NCBI GenBank assembly: GCA_964529225.1 | Contig: CAZGVX010000001.1 | Location: 74,020 to 138,019 of the forward strand | DNA: 64,000 nt | From: an uncultured Sphingobium sp. | GTDB lineage: Bacteria; Pseudomonadota; Alphaproteobacteria; Sphingomonadales; Sphingomonadaceae | Direction of reading: 5' to 3' | In this document: positions 1 to 10,987 of the stretch, piece by piece | Layout: each line of letters opens with the position of its first letter | Position numbering within the stretch: the stretch's first letter is position 1 | The notes under the pieces: model-generated | Databases searched by the model: none | What the model saw: the letters and a program-made list of their open reading frames with translations, nothing else | What the model was told of the DNA's origin: nothing | Position numbers and translations under genes: made by a program

Positions 1-214
1 GGGTCAGCGCCGATTGGCTCAGTCCGTGGCCCTGACCAAGCCGCTCGAAAAAGAGCACTTCGCGCGTGTCCCGCTTGGTGCCTGCGTCGATACCGAAGAG
101 CCCCTCGGTTTGGTGGCCCATCCCCGCCAGTGTGTCGGCCAGCACCGCGCCATAGGTGGCGACGCCGGTGCCGTGCGGGATCGCGAGATTATAGCCGTCG
201 ATCCCGATCCGCAT
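1..214 (-). CDS. Glycosyltransferase family 4-like, N-terminal part (runs off window start)
   Basis: Not in ORF track; manual translation from ATG 214: MRIGIDGYNLAIPHGTGVATYG..., typical GT4 N-terminus; follows the Wza-type gene. Confidence 0.7.
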   Translation of the reverse strand, partial: MRIGIDGYNLAIPHGTGVATYGAVLADTLAGMGHQTEGLFGIDAGTKRDTREVLFFERLGQGHGLSQSALT

Positions 215-229
215 CGCCCGCCCGCAGAC

Positions 230-1432
230 CTACTGGGTCAGCACGCGCGCGGTGACGACCGGGCTGAACAGCTGGTTGAGGAGGGAGATGAACTTGCTTG
301 GAATGTTGCCCGCCGCATTGGCGAACACGATCACGTCCTTGTCGTGCATCGCGATGCGCTGGGCGAGGAAATAGCTGGCCGGATCAAGCATGTTGAGCCG
401 GTAGATGACCGGGCGCGGCTCTGCGGGGGTCGCCGGATCGTCCGCGACGGGTGCCTGCTCGTAGCGGAACAGGAAGATGCCGCTCGCATTGGCGCGCGCG
501 TCGGAGGGGCCGCCGGCCCTGGCGATGGCTTCGGCGAGTGACAGTTCGCTCGTCTCGAACGGCACCTGGGCGGCCTTGTCGGCGGCACCGAACACCGTGA
601 AGCTGCGCGGGCGGCGCAGGATCTCGATCCGGTCGCCCGGCACGACGCGGATGTTGCCGGCGTCCTCCGGCTTCAGATCGCCGAGGCGGATCGTCGCGAC
701 ACTCGTCCCGCGCGCGAGGCGCAGCTCCGCCTCATCGCTGGGCACGCTCGCGCCGCCCGCCAGTGTCACGATATCGAGCAGACGCTGCGGCACCGGGGGC
801 AGCCGGTAGCGGCCCGGCTGCGCCACCGCGCCGGAGACATAGGCGCTGTTGGCGAGGCTTTCCGCGATGGCGATGCTGACCTGCGGGCTTTGCGAATAGG
901 GCTTGAGGCGCGCCTGAAGGATGCCGGAGAGCAGTTCGGGCGTGAGCCCCGCCACTTCGAGGCGACCCACATAAGGCAGCGCGATGCGGCCGTCCTCGTC
1001 CACCTGAACGCTGATCTGCTGGCCGGTCGCGGTGGGCGTGCCGGGCGATGCGCCCGCCTGGGGCGCGGGCGGGCCGAACAGCGATATGCCGACCTCATAG
1101 ATCGCAACCGAGAGTGTGTCGCCGCGCCGAATGATGTCGCTCCGCTCCCTCGGGGTGGCGGCGGCGAGGGCGGTGAGGCGCTGCGCGGCGACCTGCGATT
1201 CGGGGCGCGGCGCGGGCAGCGTGTCCGGCGCGATGGCGACAACCGAAAAGCCAAGCTGGTTGGCGGACGACTGGGCAACACTCTCGATGCGGCTGGCGGT
1301 AGGGCCGTTGCTCGGCAGGCTCGCGCAGCCCGAGAGCAGGGCGACACCGATCGCGGTCAGGACGCGGTGGCTACCCCTCCCGTCCGGCTTGCAGATACGG
1401 CCTCTGTCGCCCTTGTGCCCGCTTGCTGTCAT
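230..1432 (-). CDS. Polysaccharide export outer-membrane lipoprotein (Wza/CtrA/BexD type)
   Basis: Lipobox LLSGC, Poly_export motif GDTLSVAIYE...VDEDGRIALPYVG, SLBB repeats; start taken at ATG 1432 (TTG 1450 possible). Confidence 0.85.
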   Translation of the reverse strand: MTASGHKGDRGRICKPDGRGSHRVLTAIGVALLSGCASLPSNGPTASRIESVAQSSANQLGFSVVAIAPDTLPAPRPESQVAAQRLTALAAATPRERSDIIRRGDTLSVAIYEVGISLFGPPAPQAGASPGTPTATGQQISVQVDEDGRIALPYVGRLEVAGLTPELLSGILQARLKPYSQSPQVSIAIAESLANSAYVSGAVAQPGRYRLPPVPQRLLDIVTLAGGASVPSDEAELRLARGTSVATIRLGDLKPEDAGNIRVVPGDRIEILRRPRSFTVFGAADKAAQVPFETSELSLAEAIARAGGPSDARANASGIFLFRYEQAPVADDPATPAEPRPVIYRLNMLDPASYFLAQRIAMHDKDVIVFANAAGNIPSKFISLLNQLFSPVVTARVLTQ

Positions 1433-1471
1433 TGCCAGGCTCTGTGCCAACTGGCTGCGCGGGGGGCAAGG

Positions 1472-2053
1472 TCAAAAGCGTGGCGGGCGCGCGCGGCGCG
1501 ATGCCAGGACGGCCGCAAGGTCCTCCGGCCGGTTGATATTATGGAGGCCGAGCGCGGCATCGTCGACCTGCACGGCCCCGCTGCGCGCAATCCAGCTCGC
1601 GAAGGATCGGTGCCCTGCGGCGAGATGCGCGTCGAGCAGGGGCGCGAGCTGCGCGGGCCACAGGCCGATGCTGCGCTGCCGCGCGAGAACGGATGGCGGA
1701 CGGGCCAGTCGTTCCACGAGATCGGCGGGCAGGGGGAGCACGTCGACCGGGACGGCGAGGACAAGATCGAATCCGCTCGCCAGCCCATGCGCGAGCGCGG
1801 CGTTCAGCCCGGCGAGCGGCCCGAGCCCGCCTTCCGGCCGATCCGCCAGCGATCGCAGGCCGTTCCAGTCCCGGCCACACAGGATGACGTCCGTCGTCTG
1901 CTGCTGCAGGGCGCTGTGCACATGTGCGATGACGGGCTGTCCGTCGATCAGCGCCAGCGCCTTGTCGGACCCGAAGCGACGCGCCCGCCCGCCAGCCATG
2001 ATCGCGCCGAGGACGCGGCGAGGGGCGTCAGCGTCAGAAATCGACGGCAACAC
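1472..2053 (-). CDS. mobA: Molybdenum cofactor guanylyltransferase
   Basis: MAGGRARRFGSDKA, GPLAG, PVDVLP, NINRPEDL motifs. Confidence 0.85.
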   Translation of the reverse strand: MLPSISDADAPRRVLGAIMAGGRARRFGSDKALALIDGQPVIAHVHSALQQQTTDVILCGRDWNGLRSLADRPEGGLGPLAGLNAALAHGLASGFDLVLAVPVDVLPLPADLVERLARPPSVLARQRSIGLWPAQLAPLLDAHLAAGHRSFASWIARSGAVQVDDAALGLHNINRPEDLAAVLASRRARPPRF

Positions 2054-2207
2054 CCTTCAGCTCCCAGTCGCCATAGCGGGTGGGGCTGAGTGCGCCGCCG
2101 GGATCGTGCGCGCGGTCGCGTTCGGTGCCAACCGGCTCGGGTTCAGGCACCGGCGGGCTCTTGGAGAGGTGCGCGGGCGGCTTTACATGGGGCGGTCGCT
2201 TGGCCAT
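2034..2207 (-). CDS. DUF1674 small protein (SDHAF4-like)
   Basis: C-terminal GGALSPTRYGDWELKGVAVDF signature; ATG 2207. Confidence 0.85.
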   Translation of the reverse strand: MAKRPPHVKPPAHLSKSPPVPEPEPVGTERDRAHDPGGALSPTRYGDWELKGVAVDF

Positions 2208-2257
2208 GGACCGGGATGTGGGGCGGCATCGCCGCGCCGTCAACAGCTTTGGATTGC

Positions 2258-3559
2258 ATGCCCCGCCCGACTCCCCGATCGCAGATGCCGCCCCGACCCG
2301 TCGACCCGCCCGGCGTGCCGACCCGCCGCGCGGCGCTGAAACTGCTCGATGCGGTGCTGCGGCGCGGACAGGCGCTGGAGGCGGCGCTCCATAACGCGAC
2401 GCAGGGTCTGGAGGGGCCGGACCGCGCCCTCGCCCATGCCATCGCCGCGGAAACGCTCCGGCGCCTGCCCGACCTCGATGCGCTGATCGACGGCATGACG
2501 CCGCGCGCGCTGCCCGAGGACGCCAAGGCGCGCATGGTGCTCAGGATCGCGCTGACGCAGATGCTGGTGCTGGGGACGCCCGCCCATGCGGCCATCGCCA
2601 CCGCGCTGCCGCTGGTCGACGGAGGCCCGCGCAAGCTCGTCCATGGCGTGATCGGCGCGCTCGACCGGGCGGCGGCGGGTCTGCCCGCGCGCATCGGTCT
2701 GCCGGGGCCGGTCGCGCTGCGCTGGCGGGCGGCGCATGGCGAGGCCATGGTCGATGCCGCTGCCGCGGCGCTGGCGAGCCGGGCGCCGCTCGATCTCACT
2801 TTCAAGGATGCGGCCGGGACCGCCGACTGGGCGGAGCGGCTCGGCGGCGTCAGTCTTGCGCCCGGCCATGTCCGGCTGCCAGCCGACAGCCCCGTTCCTG
2901 ACCTGCCGGGCTATGGCGATGGTGCCTGGTGGGTGCAGGATCTCGCGGCCTCCCTGCCCGCGCGGATGTTGGGTGCGGGCGGGGGCAGGGGCATCATCGA
3001 CGCCTGCGCGGCGCCTGGCGGCAAGACGATGCAGCTCGCCGCGCAGGGATGGCGCGTGACGGCGCTCGACCGCTCGCCCGCGCGGCTTGACCGCATGGCG
3101 ACCAATCTGGCGCGAACGGGGCTGTCGGCCGACCTTGTCGCGGCCGATGCGCTGGGCTGGATGCCGGAGACGCCCGTGGCGGCGGTGCTGCTCGACGCGC
3201 CCTGTTCGGCGACCGGCATATTTCGCCGCCATCCCGATGTGCTGCACCGGGTCGGCGAACGGCAGATCGCGGAACTGGCCGAGGCGCAGCGCGCACTGCT
3301 CGATCATGTCGCTGGCTGGATCGCGCCGGGCGGCCTGCTTGTCTACGCGACCTGTTCACTCGAAACAGCCGAGGGTGAGAACCAGATTGCGCGGTTCCTG
3401 AGCGACCATGGCGATTTCAATGTGATTTCGCCGCTGCCCGAGGCTCTCCCGGCAGGCATCTCGCCGAAACAGGAGGGCTGGATCAGGACTGGCCCCGCCG
3501 ATCTTGCCGGGGCTGGCGGCGTGGACGGCTTCTTCATCGCAATGCTTGGTCGTAATTAG
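2258..3559 (+). CDS. rsmB: RsmB/NOP (Sun) rRNA m5C methyltransferase with NusB-like N-domain
   Basis: WWVQD, DACAAPGGKT, LLDAPCSATG, VYATCS motifs; start 2258 or 2285. Confidence 0.85.
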   Translation: MPRPTPRSQMPPRPVDPPGVPTRRAALKLLDAVLRRGQALEAALHNATQGLEGPDRALAHAIAAETLRRLPDLDALIDGMTPRALPEDAKARMVLRIALTQMLVLGTPAHAAIATALPLVDGGPRKLVHGVIGALDRAAAGLPARIGLPGPVALRWRAAHGEAMVDAAAAALASRAPLDLTFKDAAGTADWAERLGGVSLAPGHVRLPADSPVPDLPGYGDGAWWVQDLAASLPARMLGAGGGRGIIDACAAPGGKTMQLAAQGWRVTALDRSPARLDRMATNLARTGLSADLVAADALGWMPETPVAAVLLDAPCSATGIFRRHPDVLHRVGERQIAELAEAQRALLDHVAGWIAPGGLLVYATCSLETAEGENQIARFLSDHGDFNVISPLPEALPAGISPKQEGWIRTGPADLAGAGGVDGFFIAMLGRN

Positions 3560-3643
3560 CGTCCTGTTTCTCGCGATTCATCCACAGCTTTATCCCCCGC
3601 GCCGTTGCGGCGATTTCGGGCAAAGGTTAATGCCGGAGCCCTC

Positions 3644-4303
3644 ATGACCGCCGTCCGCATTGCCCCTTCGATTCTTTCCGCCGATTTTGCGCGCCTGGGT
3701 GAGGAGGTGCGCGCGATCGACGAGGCGGGGTGCGACTGGGTGCATGTCGATGTGATGGATGGCCATTTCGTCCCCAACATCACCATCGGGCCGATGGTCG
3801 TGAAGGCAATTCGTCCGCACACCGCAAAGCCGCTCGATGTCCACCTCATGATCTCGCCGGTTGATGCCTATCTCGACGCCTTTGCCGAAGCGGGGGCGGA
3901 CATACTCTCGGTGCATCCCGAGGCCGGGCCGCATATCCACCGCTCCATCCAGCGCATCAAGGGGCTGGGCAAGCAGGCCGGCGTCGTGCTCAACCCCGGC
4001 ACGCCCGCCAAGATGCTCGACTATCTCATCGAGGAGGTCGACCTCGTGCTGGTGATGAGCGTCAATCCCGGCTTCGGCGGGCAGAGCTTCATCGAAAGCC
4101 AGCTGAAGAAGATCGAGGCAGTCCGCAAGATGATCGACAAGAGCGGCAGGCCGGTCGCGCTAGAGGTCGATGGCGGCGTCGATCATGCGAACGCGCCGCG
4201 CGTCATTGCTGCCGGTGCCGACGTGCTGGTCGCAGGCACCGCAACCTTCCGTGGCGGCCCGTCCGCCTATGCCGACAATATCAGGAGGCTCCGCGCCGCA
4301 TGA
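3644..4303 (+). CDS. rpe: Ribulose-phosphate 3-epimerase
   Basis: [37 protein letters not shown]. Confidence 0.97.
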   Translation: MTAVRIAPSILSADFARLGEEVRAIDEAGCDWVHVDVMDGHFVPNITIGPMVVKAIRPHTAKPLDVHLMISPVDAYLDAFAEAGADILSVHPEAGPHIHRSIQRIKGLGKQAGVVLNPGTPAKMLDYLIEEVDLVLVMSVNPGFGGQSFIESQLKKIEAVRKMIDKSGRPVALEVDGGVDHANAPRVIAAGADVLVAGTATFRGGPSAYADNIRRLRAA

Positions 4304-6057
4304 GCAAGCCCGTCCGCCGACCCAAGCCCATCGCCGTCGACGATCCCGCGGAGGACGGCATCGAGCATGGCAAGCGGCTCATCCGCCTGACCGATGACAG
4401 GGGCCTTTCGCTCGCCGAGCGGCTGGCCAATGGCTTTTACCGGATGACATGGTCGACACCGCTCCATGCGATGCGGCTCAAGGGCAAATATCCGCTGAAG
4501 CTGCTTGCGGTGCCGGAGGACGAGATTTTCGGTGACGCGCGCGCCGGCAAGGCGATCCGGGCGGGCTACTTCCTGTTCCGGGGCGTCAAGCAGCCGATCG
4601 AGTCGCTCGACTTCGCCAGGGTGGAGCAGAATCGTGACTTTCAGGACTATGTGCACAGCTTTTGCTGGCTGCGTGACCTGGCGTCGTCCGGGCCTCGCGA
4701 TCAGCTCGCGCCGGTGGCCGAGAATCTCATGCGCGGCTGGCTCGGTGCCCATGCCGAAACGCCGACCGAGCCTGCCTGGGCGGCCGATAACGCCGCCTGG
4801 CGCATCCTGTTCTGGACGAGCTATTCGCCGCTGATCCTGTCGAGCGGCGACCTTGTCTACCGCTCGCTGGTGCTGAACTGCATTGCGCGCACGGCCCGTC
4901 ATCTGGACCGGAGCGCCGACAAGGCGATGCTCGGGCTGCCGCGCATTGTCGCGTGGACGGGCGTGGTCGCCGCGTCGCTGCTGCTGCCGGGTGGCGAACC
5001 CCGCCAGATTTTCGGGGAGGCAGGCCTCAAGCGGGCGCTCGAGGGCGGTGTCTATTCGGACGGCGGGCTCGTTTCGCGTTCGCTCTTGGAGCAGGCAAAG
5101 GCGATCCAGGCACTCGCGATGCTCCGTTCGGTCTACACCTGCCGCCGGGAGGACATGCCGGTCTGGCTCGGCCAGTCGCTCGAGCGGATGGTGGCGGCGC
5201 TGCTCGGCCTCGTCCTGGGCGACGGCAGCCTCGGCAGCTGGCAGGGTGGCGCGCCGCTCGATCCCGATTATCTGCGCTCCATCGTCCACATGTCGCAGGT
5301 GCGCACCCGGCCGCTGCGGCAGGCGCGCGACTGGGGCTATCAGCGCCTCGTCGCGGGGCAGACCACGTTGATCGTGGATTCGGCACCGCCGCCGGTCGCG
5401 CGGCTGGCCTATGCCGGGTGCGCTTCGACCGGCGCGATCGAGCTGTCCGACGGGCCGACGCGGCTCATCGTGAACTGCGGTGGCGCGGCGCTTGTCGGCG
5501 CGGCGATCAGTGCAGACCTTGCGCGCGGCCTGCGAACGACAGCGGCGCATTCGACGCTCGTGCTGGCCGACACCAACTCGACCGCCATCATGGGTGACGG
5601 CGCGCTCGGCAAGGGTGTTGCGGAGGTTGAGCTGGACCGGCAGGAGATCGAGCAGGGCAGCCGGCTTGAGATCGCGCATGACGGCTATGCGCGTCGGCTA
5701 GGCTTCCGCCATCGCCGCATCCTGCTGCTGGGCAGCGACGGCCGGGATCTGCGCGGCGAGGATGTGCTGATCCCGGCGGGCGGGCGGCGCAAGCCCAATC
5801 GCTATCCCTTCGCGCTGCGCTTTCACCTCGGTCCGGATGTCGAGCCGGTGTTGACCGCCGACGGCTTGGGCGCGGTCCTGCGCCTGGCCGATGGCGCGTT
5901 GTGGCAATTTCGCGCCGGCGAGGGCACGCTGGAGGTCGAGGAAAGCCTCTGGGTCGGCCCGGACGGCCGGCCGCATCCGACGCGGCAGCTTGTGCTGACG
6001 AGCACCGCGACGACGGGCGGCGCCAGCGTCGGCTGGATTTTCAAACGTTCGGGCTGA
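4300..6057 (+). CDS. Heparinase II/III family protein
   Basis: 585 aa, [10 protein letters not shown] and HDGY motifs; overlaps rpe stop (ATGA). Confidence 0.75.
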   Translation: MSKPVRRPKPIAVDDPAEDGIEHGKRLIRLTDDRGLSLAERLANGFYRMTWSTPLHAMRLKGKYPLKLLAVPEDEIFGDARAGKAIRAGYFLFRGVKQPIESLDFARVEQNRDFQDYVHSFCWLRDLASSGPRDQLAPVAENLMRGWLGAHAETPTEPAWAADNAAWRILFWTSYSPLILSSGDLVYRSLVLNCIARTARHLDRSADKAMLGLPRIVAWTGVVAASLLLPGGEPRQIFGEAGLKRALEGGVYSDGGLVSRSLLEQAKAIQALAMLRSVYTCRREDMPVWLGQSLERMVAALLGLVLGDGSLGSWQGGAPLDPDYLRSIVHMSQVRTRPLRQARDWGYQRLVAGQTTLIVDSAPPPVARLAYAGCASTGAIELSDGPTRLIVNCGGAALVGAAISADLARGLRTTAAHSTLVLADTNSTAIMGDGALGKGVAEVELDRQEIEQGSRLEIAHDGYARRLGFRHRRILLLGSDGRDLRGEDVLIPAGGRRKPNRYPFALRFHLGPDVEPVLTADGLGAVLRLADGALWQFRAGEGTLEVEESLWVGPDGRPHPTRQLVLTSTATTGGASVGWIFKRSG

Positions 6058-6067
6058 GAGGGCAACG

Positions 6068-7660
6068 ATGCCAGATATGATCATTCGCCGGGCGCTCCTG
6101 TCGGTGTCCGACAAGACCGGCATTGTCGATTTCGCGCGCCAGCTTAACGCGCGCGGCGTCGAACTCGTCTCGACCGGGGGCACCGCAAAGGCGATCCGGG
6201 AGGCGGACCTGCCCGTCCGCGACATCGCCGACCTGACCGGTTTTCCGGAGATGATGGACGGGCGCGTCAAGACGCTTCACCCGGTGGTCCATGGCGGCCT
6301 CCTGGCCGTGCGCGACGACGAGGCGCACCTCGCCGCAATGGCCGCGCACGGCATCGGCGCGATCGACCTCGTCGCGGTCAATCTCTATCCGTTCGTGGAA
6401 ACCTGGCAGCGTGGCGCCGCGCGTCCCGACATGATCGAGAATATCGACATCGGCGGGCCCTCGATGGTCCGGTCCGCGGCCAAGAATCATGACAGCGTCG
6501 TCATCCTGACCGATCCGGCCGATTACGACCGCGCGATCGCCGAAATGGCGGCGAGCGGGGGCGCGACGAGTCTCGGCTTCCGCCGTGAACTGGCCGCCAA
6601 GGCCTTCGCCGCGACCGCCGCCTATGATTCCGCGATCAGTCTGTGGTTCTCGACGGTCGACCAGCCGACCAAATTCCCGGCCACCCGCACGATGACGTCG
6701 CGGCTGGTCACGACGCTGCGTTATGGCGAAAACCCGCATCAGGACGCGGCGCTGTATGTCCCGGCAGGGCCGCATGCGAGCGGTATCGGTCAGGCGATCC
6801 AGGTGCAGGGCAAGGAACTCAGCTACAACAATCTGAACGACGCCAACGCGGCGCTGGAACTGTGCGCCGAATTTCGCGACGGGCCGCCGACCGTGGTCAT
6901 CGTCAAGCACGCCAATCCTTGCGGCGTCGCCAGCGCCGATAGCTTGATCGAGGCTTATACAGCAGCCCTGCAATGCGACAGCGTCTCCGCCTTTGGCGGG
7001 ATCATCGCCTGCAACCGTCCGCTTGATGGGCCGACCGCCGAGGCGATGAGCGGCATCTTCACGGAGGTGGTGGTGGCACCCGGGGCTGACGAAGCGGCAA
7101 GAGCTGTGTTTGCCGCCAAGAAAAACCTGCGCCTGCTGCTGCTGGAGGGCGGACTGCCCGATCCGGCCCGGCCCGGTCTGACCATGACGCTGATCGCGGG
7201 CGGCGCGCTCGTGCAGGACCGCGATAACGGGCAGGTGACGCGCGACATGCTGAAGGTCGTGACCAGGCGCGCGCCCAGCGATGCCGAACTTGCCGACTGC
7301 CTGTTCGCCTGGACGGTTGCCAAGCACGTGAAATCCAACGCCATCGTCTACGCGAAAGACGGCGCGACGGCGGGCATTGGCGCCGGTCAGATGAACCGCC
7401 GCGATTCCAGCCGCATCGCCGCCGCCAAGGCACAGGAAGCGGCCGAAACCCATGGCTGGCCGGCGCCGCGCACGGTGGGCAGCGCGGTCGCCTCGGATGC
7501 CTTCTTTCCGTTCGCCGACGGTTTGATGGCGGCTGTGGAGGCGGGCGCTACCGCCGTGATCCAGCCCGGCGGGTCGATCCGCGACGCGGATGTGATCGCG
7601 GCTGCGGACGAGGCGGGCCTTGCCATGCTTTTCACCGGCATGCGCCATTTCCGGCATTGA
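6068..7660 (+). CDS. purH: Bifunctional AICAR transformylase/IMP cyclohydrolase
   Basis: [51 protein letters not shown] end. Confidence 0.98.
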   Translation: MPDMIIRRALLSVSDKTGIVDFARQLNARGVELVSTGGTAKAIREADLPVRDIADLTGFPEMMDGRVKTLHPVVHGGLLAVRDDEAHLAAMAAHGIGAIDLVAVNLYPFVETWQRGAARPDMIENIDIGGPSMVRSAAKNHDSVVILTDPADYDRAIAEMAASGGATSLGFRRELAAKAFAATAAYDSAISLWFSTVDQPTKFPATRTMTSRLVTTLRYGENPHQDAALYVPAGPHASGIGQAIQVQGKELSYNNLNDANAALELCAEFRDGPPTVVIVKHANPCGVASADSLIEAYTAALQCDSVSAFGGIIACNRPLDGPTAEAMSGIFTEVVVAPGADEAARAVFAAKKNLRLLLLEGGLPDPARPGLTMTLIAGGALVQDRDNGQVTRDMLKVVTRRAPSDAELADCLFAWTVAKHVKSNAIVYAKDGATAGIGAGQMNRRDSSRIAAAKAQEAAETHGWPAPRTVGSAVASDAFFPFADGLMAAVEAGATAVIQPGGSIRDADVIAAADEAGLAMLFTGMRHFRH

Positions 7661-7745
7661 TGGTTTCGTGACGTTTCCGGTTTGACCGCGGTACCGCAAT
7701 CGCGTTACGGTCAGGGGCTTTTCGGGCCAAGGGGATGGATTTCGC

Positions 7746-8483
7746 GTGATCAGCACGGGTCTGACCGAGATGGCCGAAGCGCAGACGGTTCTCGCGCTAC
7801 GGGACCGGACAATGGCCGCCTTTCACGCGCTCGGCTTCGCCCACGCCTATTTTCTTGCCCCCGTCACGGTCGACGCGCGCTTCGGGCGGGTCATGGCCAA
7901 TGTCGGCTTTCCGGAGTCGTGGGCGGCCGACTATGCCACGCATCTGCGCCAGGTCGACCCGATGCCGGAACTCGGGCTCCGCCTGTTCCGCGCGTTCCGC
8001 TGGAGCGAGGTGGCGACGCTCACGACATTGACCGATGAGCAGGCGCGCTTCATGGCCGGGCTCATGGCGATGGAGGGCGGCGACGGCGTCGCGGTTCCCA
8101 CGTTCGGACCTGGCGGGCGCGCAGGCTTCGTCGCGGTGGGCGGGGCCGAGACCGCCGAAGCCCGCAACGCGCCGGATGTCGCGCTCCTCCGCGCGGCGGG
8201 CCAGATGTCGTACCTGCGCTATTGCGAACTCATCACGCCGCATCAGGAGGGGGGCAAGCCCCTGTCGCAGCGCGAGCTCGACGTGCTCTACTGGATGGCG
8301 CAGGGCAAGAGCAATTCCGTGATTGCCGAATTGCTTGACCTCTCCGCAGGCACGGTGGACGCCTATGTCAGGCGCATCTTCGCCAAGCTTGGCGTCAATG
8401 ATCGCACTTCGGCCGTCTCCAGCGCCGTGGCGCGCGGAGACATCTATCTCGGCTATTATCGCGAGACGTCCGAGGAAGCCTGA
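7746..8483 (+). CDS. LuxR-family regulator with autoinducer-binding domain (LuxR solo 1)
   Basis: W-x3-Y...DP...W...G pocket residues and C-terminal LSQRELDVLYWMAQGKS HTH; alternative start ATG 7770. Confidence 0.85.
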   Translation: MISTGLTEMAEAQTVLALRDRTMAAFHALGFAHAYFLAPVTVDARFGRVMANVGFPESWAADYATHLRQVDPMPELGLRLFRAFRWSEVATLTTLTDEQARFMAGLMAMEGGDGVAVPTFGPGGRAGFVAVGGAETAEARNAPDVALLRAAGQMSYLRYCELITPHQEGGKPLSQRELDVLYWMAQGKSNSVIAELLDLSAGTVDAYVRRIFAKLGVNDRTSAVSSAVARGDIYLGYYRETSEEA

Positions 8484-8498
8484 CGGGGATTGGGCGCC

Positions 8499-9395
8499 TC
8501 AGCCTGCGGTCAGCGCGGGCCGATGCCGACCGACGCAGTCTATGAGCCAGTCGGTGAATGTGCGGACGCGGGCGAGATTGGCGGTGTCTCGATGCCGCAC
8601 CAGCCAGAAGCCGCGCACGATCCGGCGGTCTGGCAGCACCCGCACCACCGCCGGGTCGGCATCGCCGATGAAGCAGGGCAGCACGCCCAGGCCAGCGCCG
8701 GCCGAGACGAGCCGTTGCTGGGCGTTGATGCTGGACGACCTGAGCGTCGCCTTAAGGCCGGGTGTGATCTCGTCGAGATAGCCCAGCTCCGGCGCATAGA
8801 GGAGATCGGGTATGTAGCCGACCATCCGATGCCCATGCGTGAGGTCGGCCGGGCGCTCCGGTGTGCCCGCCTGCGCCAGATAGGCGGGGCTGGCATAGAG
8901 GCAGAGCGCATAGTCCGACAATTTCCGGGCGATCAACGGCCCGGCCTTTGGGCGGGAGAGCGTGACGGCGAGGTCCGCCTCCCGCTTGGACGGGCTGAGG
9001 ATGCCGCTGTTCGCGACGAGGTCGACGGTCAATGCGGGGTTCGCCTTGGCGAAGTCCGGCAGATGGCGGGCGAGAAACCAGCTGCCGAACCCTTCCGACA
9101 CGCTGATCCGCAAGGTGCCCGAAAGGCCGGCGCCCGCATGATCGCCCTCGACGATCGCGCTGGCCGCGAGGTTCATGGCCTCGACCCGCGCGAGCAGAGC
9201 CTCGCCCGCTTCGGTCAGAACCTGGCCCTCGCGCGTCTGCTCGAACAATGTCGCGCCGAGTCGCCGCTCCAGTCGCCGGAGGCGCCGCCCCATCGTTGTC
9301 GGGTCGACATGCATGACCTGCGCGGCGCGGGCGAGTTGCCCGGCGCGGGCTATGGCGAGAAACGCCTGATAATCGCTCCAGTCGGTAAGCTGCAT
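8499..9395 (-). CDS. LysR-family regulator, divergent from mmsA
   Basis: N-terminal HTH DWSDYQAFLAIARAGQLARAA; start ATG 9395. Confidence 0.92.
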   Translation of the reverse strand: MQLTDWSDYQAFLAIARAGQLARAAQVMHVDPTTMGRRLRRLERRLGATLFEQTREGQVLTEAGEALLARVEAMNLAASAIVEGDHAGAGLSGTLRISVSEGFGSWFLARHLPDFAKANPALTVDLVANSGILSPSKREADLAVTLSRPKAGPLIARKLSDYALCLYASPAYLAQAGTPERPADLTHGHRMVGYIPDLLYAPELGYLDEITPGLKATLRSSSINAQQRLVSAGAGLGVLPCFIGDADPAVVRVLPDRRIVRGFWLVRHRDTANLARVRTFTDWLIDCVGRHRPALTAG

Positions 9396-9436
9396 ATATG
9401 CAGGCCATGGTGGCAACATTGCACATTGCCTGCAAT
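9390..9436. promoter_or_regulatory. Palindromes in lysR/mmsA divergent region (CTGCATATATGCAG over lysR start; ATTGCA-N7-TGCAAT)
   Basis: 14-bp perfect palindrome 9390-9403; 6-bp arms 9418-9423 and 9431-9436; candidate LysR sites. Confidence 0.5.
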
Positions 9437-9483
9437 ATGGAATCGGTGCATTTCAGCCGGAAATCTGGAGAGGACGGTCTGTC

Positions 9484-10983
9484 ATGCGCCTTGTCGATCA
9501 TTTCATTGCCGGTGGCTCCGGCGGCGCGACGGCATCGCGCACGGCCCGGATTTTCGATCCCAACAATGGCGGCGTTCAGGCCGAGGTGGCCCTGGGCGAC
9601 GCGGCGGTGCTGGAACGCGCGGTGCAGGCGGCACTTGCCGCGCAGCCGGCCTGGGCGGCGACCAATCCCCAGAAGCGCGCGCGGGTGATGTTCGAGTTCA
9701 AGCGGCTGGTCGAGGCCAATATGGAGGAGCTGGCGCATCTGCTCTCCTCCGAACATGGCAAGGTCATCGCCGACGCAAAAGGCGACATTCAGCGCGGCCT
9801 TGACGTGGTCGAATTCGCATGCGGCGTGCCGCATGTGCTGAAGGGCGAATATACGCAAGGGGCGGGGCCGGGCATCGACGTCTATTCGATGCGGCAGCCC
9901 ATCGGCATCGGCGCTGGCATCACGCCGTTCAACTTCCCGGCGATGATCCCGCTGTGGATGTCGGCTGTGGCGATCGCGTGCGGTAATGCTTTCATCATCA
10001 AGCCGTCCGAGCGCGACCCCTCCGTGCCGGTGCGCCTGGCCGAGCTGTTCCTGGAGGCGGGTCTGCCGGAGGGCGTCTGCCAGGTCGTGCATGGCGACAA
10101 GGAAATGGTCGATGCCATTCTCGATCACCCGGCCATCGGTGCCGTGAGCTTCGTCGGCTCCTCCGATATCGCGCATTATGTCTACAGTCGCGGCGTTGCG
10201 GCGGGCAAGCGCGTGCAGGCGATGGGCGGCGCCAAGAATCACGGGATCGTCATGCCGGATGCCGATCTCGACCAGGTGGTGAACGATCTCGCCGGCGCGG
10301 CCTTCGGTTCGGCGGGCGAACGCTGCATGGCGCTGCCGGTGGTGGTGCCGGTGGGCGAGGATACCGCCGAGCGCCTTCGGGCCAAGCTCGTGCCCGCCAT
10401 CGAGGCGCTGCGCGTCGGCGTGTCCACCGACCCGGAGGCGCATTACGGCCCGGTCGTCACGGCCGAGCACAAGGCCAAGGTCGAGGGCTGGATTGCCCGC
10501 TGCGTCGAGGAAGGCGGTGAGCTGGTCATCGACGGGCGCGGCTTCACGCTGCAGGGGCATGAGCAGGGCTTTTTCGTCGGCCCGACCCTCATCGACCATG
10601 TCACGGCGGACATGGACAGCTATCATAACGAGATTTTCGGCCCCGTGCTGCAAATCGTGCGCGCGCCGGATTTCGAAACGGCGCTCAGCCTGCCGAGCAA
10701 GCATCAATATGGCAATGGCGTCGCGCTCTTCACCCGCAACGGCCATGCCGCACGCGAGTTCGCTGCGCGGGTCAATGTCGGCATGGTGGGCATAAACGTG
10801 CCGATCCCGGTGCCGGTGGCCTATCACAGCTTCGGTGGCTGGAAGCGGTCGGCGTTCGGCGACACCAACCAGCACGGCATGGAAGGCGTCAAGTTCTGGA
10901 CGAAGGTCAAGACCGTGACTCAGCGTTGGCCGGACGGATCGCCGGACGGCGGCAACGCATTCGTCATTCCCACCATGGCATGA
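9484..10983 (+). CDS. mmsA: CoA-acylating methylmalonate-semialdehyde dehydrogenase
   Basis: ITPFNFPAMIP, KPSERDP, GGAKNH, AGERCMA, EIFGPV. Confidence 0.95.
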   Translation: MRLVDHFIAGGSGGATASRTARIFDPNNGGVQAEVALGDAAVLERAVQAALAAQPAWAATNPQKRARVMFEFKRLVEANMEELAHLLSSEHGKVIADAKGDIQRGLDVVEFACGVPHVLKGEYTQGAGPGIDVYSMRQPIGIGAGITPFNFPAMIPLWMSAVAIACGNAFIIKPSERDPSVPVRLAELFLEAGLPEGVCQVVHGDKEMVDAILDHPAIGAVSFVGSSDIAHYVYSRGVAAGKRVQAMGGAKNHGIVMPDADLDQVVNDLAGAAFGSAGERCMALPVVVPVGEDTAERLRAKLVPAIEALRVGVSTDPEAHYGPVVTAEHKAKVEGWIARCVEEGGELVIDGRGFTLQGHEQGFFVGPTLIDHVTADMDSYHNEIFGPVLQIVRAPDFETALSLPSKHQYGNGVALFTRNGHAAREFAARVNVGMVGINVPIPVPVAYHSFGGWKRSAFGDTNQHGMEGVKFWTKVKTVTQRWPDGSPDGGNAFVIPTMA

Positions 10984-10987
10984 GCCG

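Noticed and set aside
7684-7714. TGACCG...CGGTCA and GCGGTACCGC palindromes before luxR1
   Set aside because: Short and GC-rich, not lux-box-like; could be chance or a weak purH terminator
8752-10875. 707-aa minus-strand ORF and similar long ORFs (6041-7756, 27115-28713, 31644-33479, 39833-41452, 52108-53724, 57063-58697)
   Set aside because: Antisense shadows of well-supported genes in GC-rich DNA; no recognisable motifs
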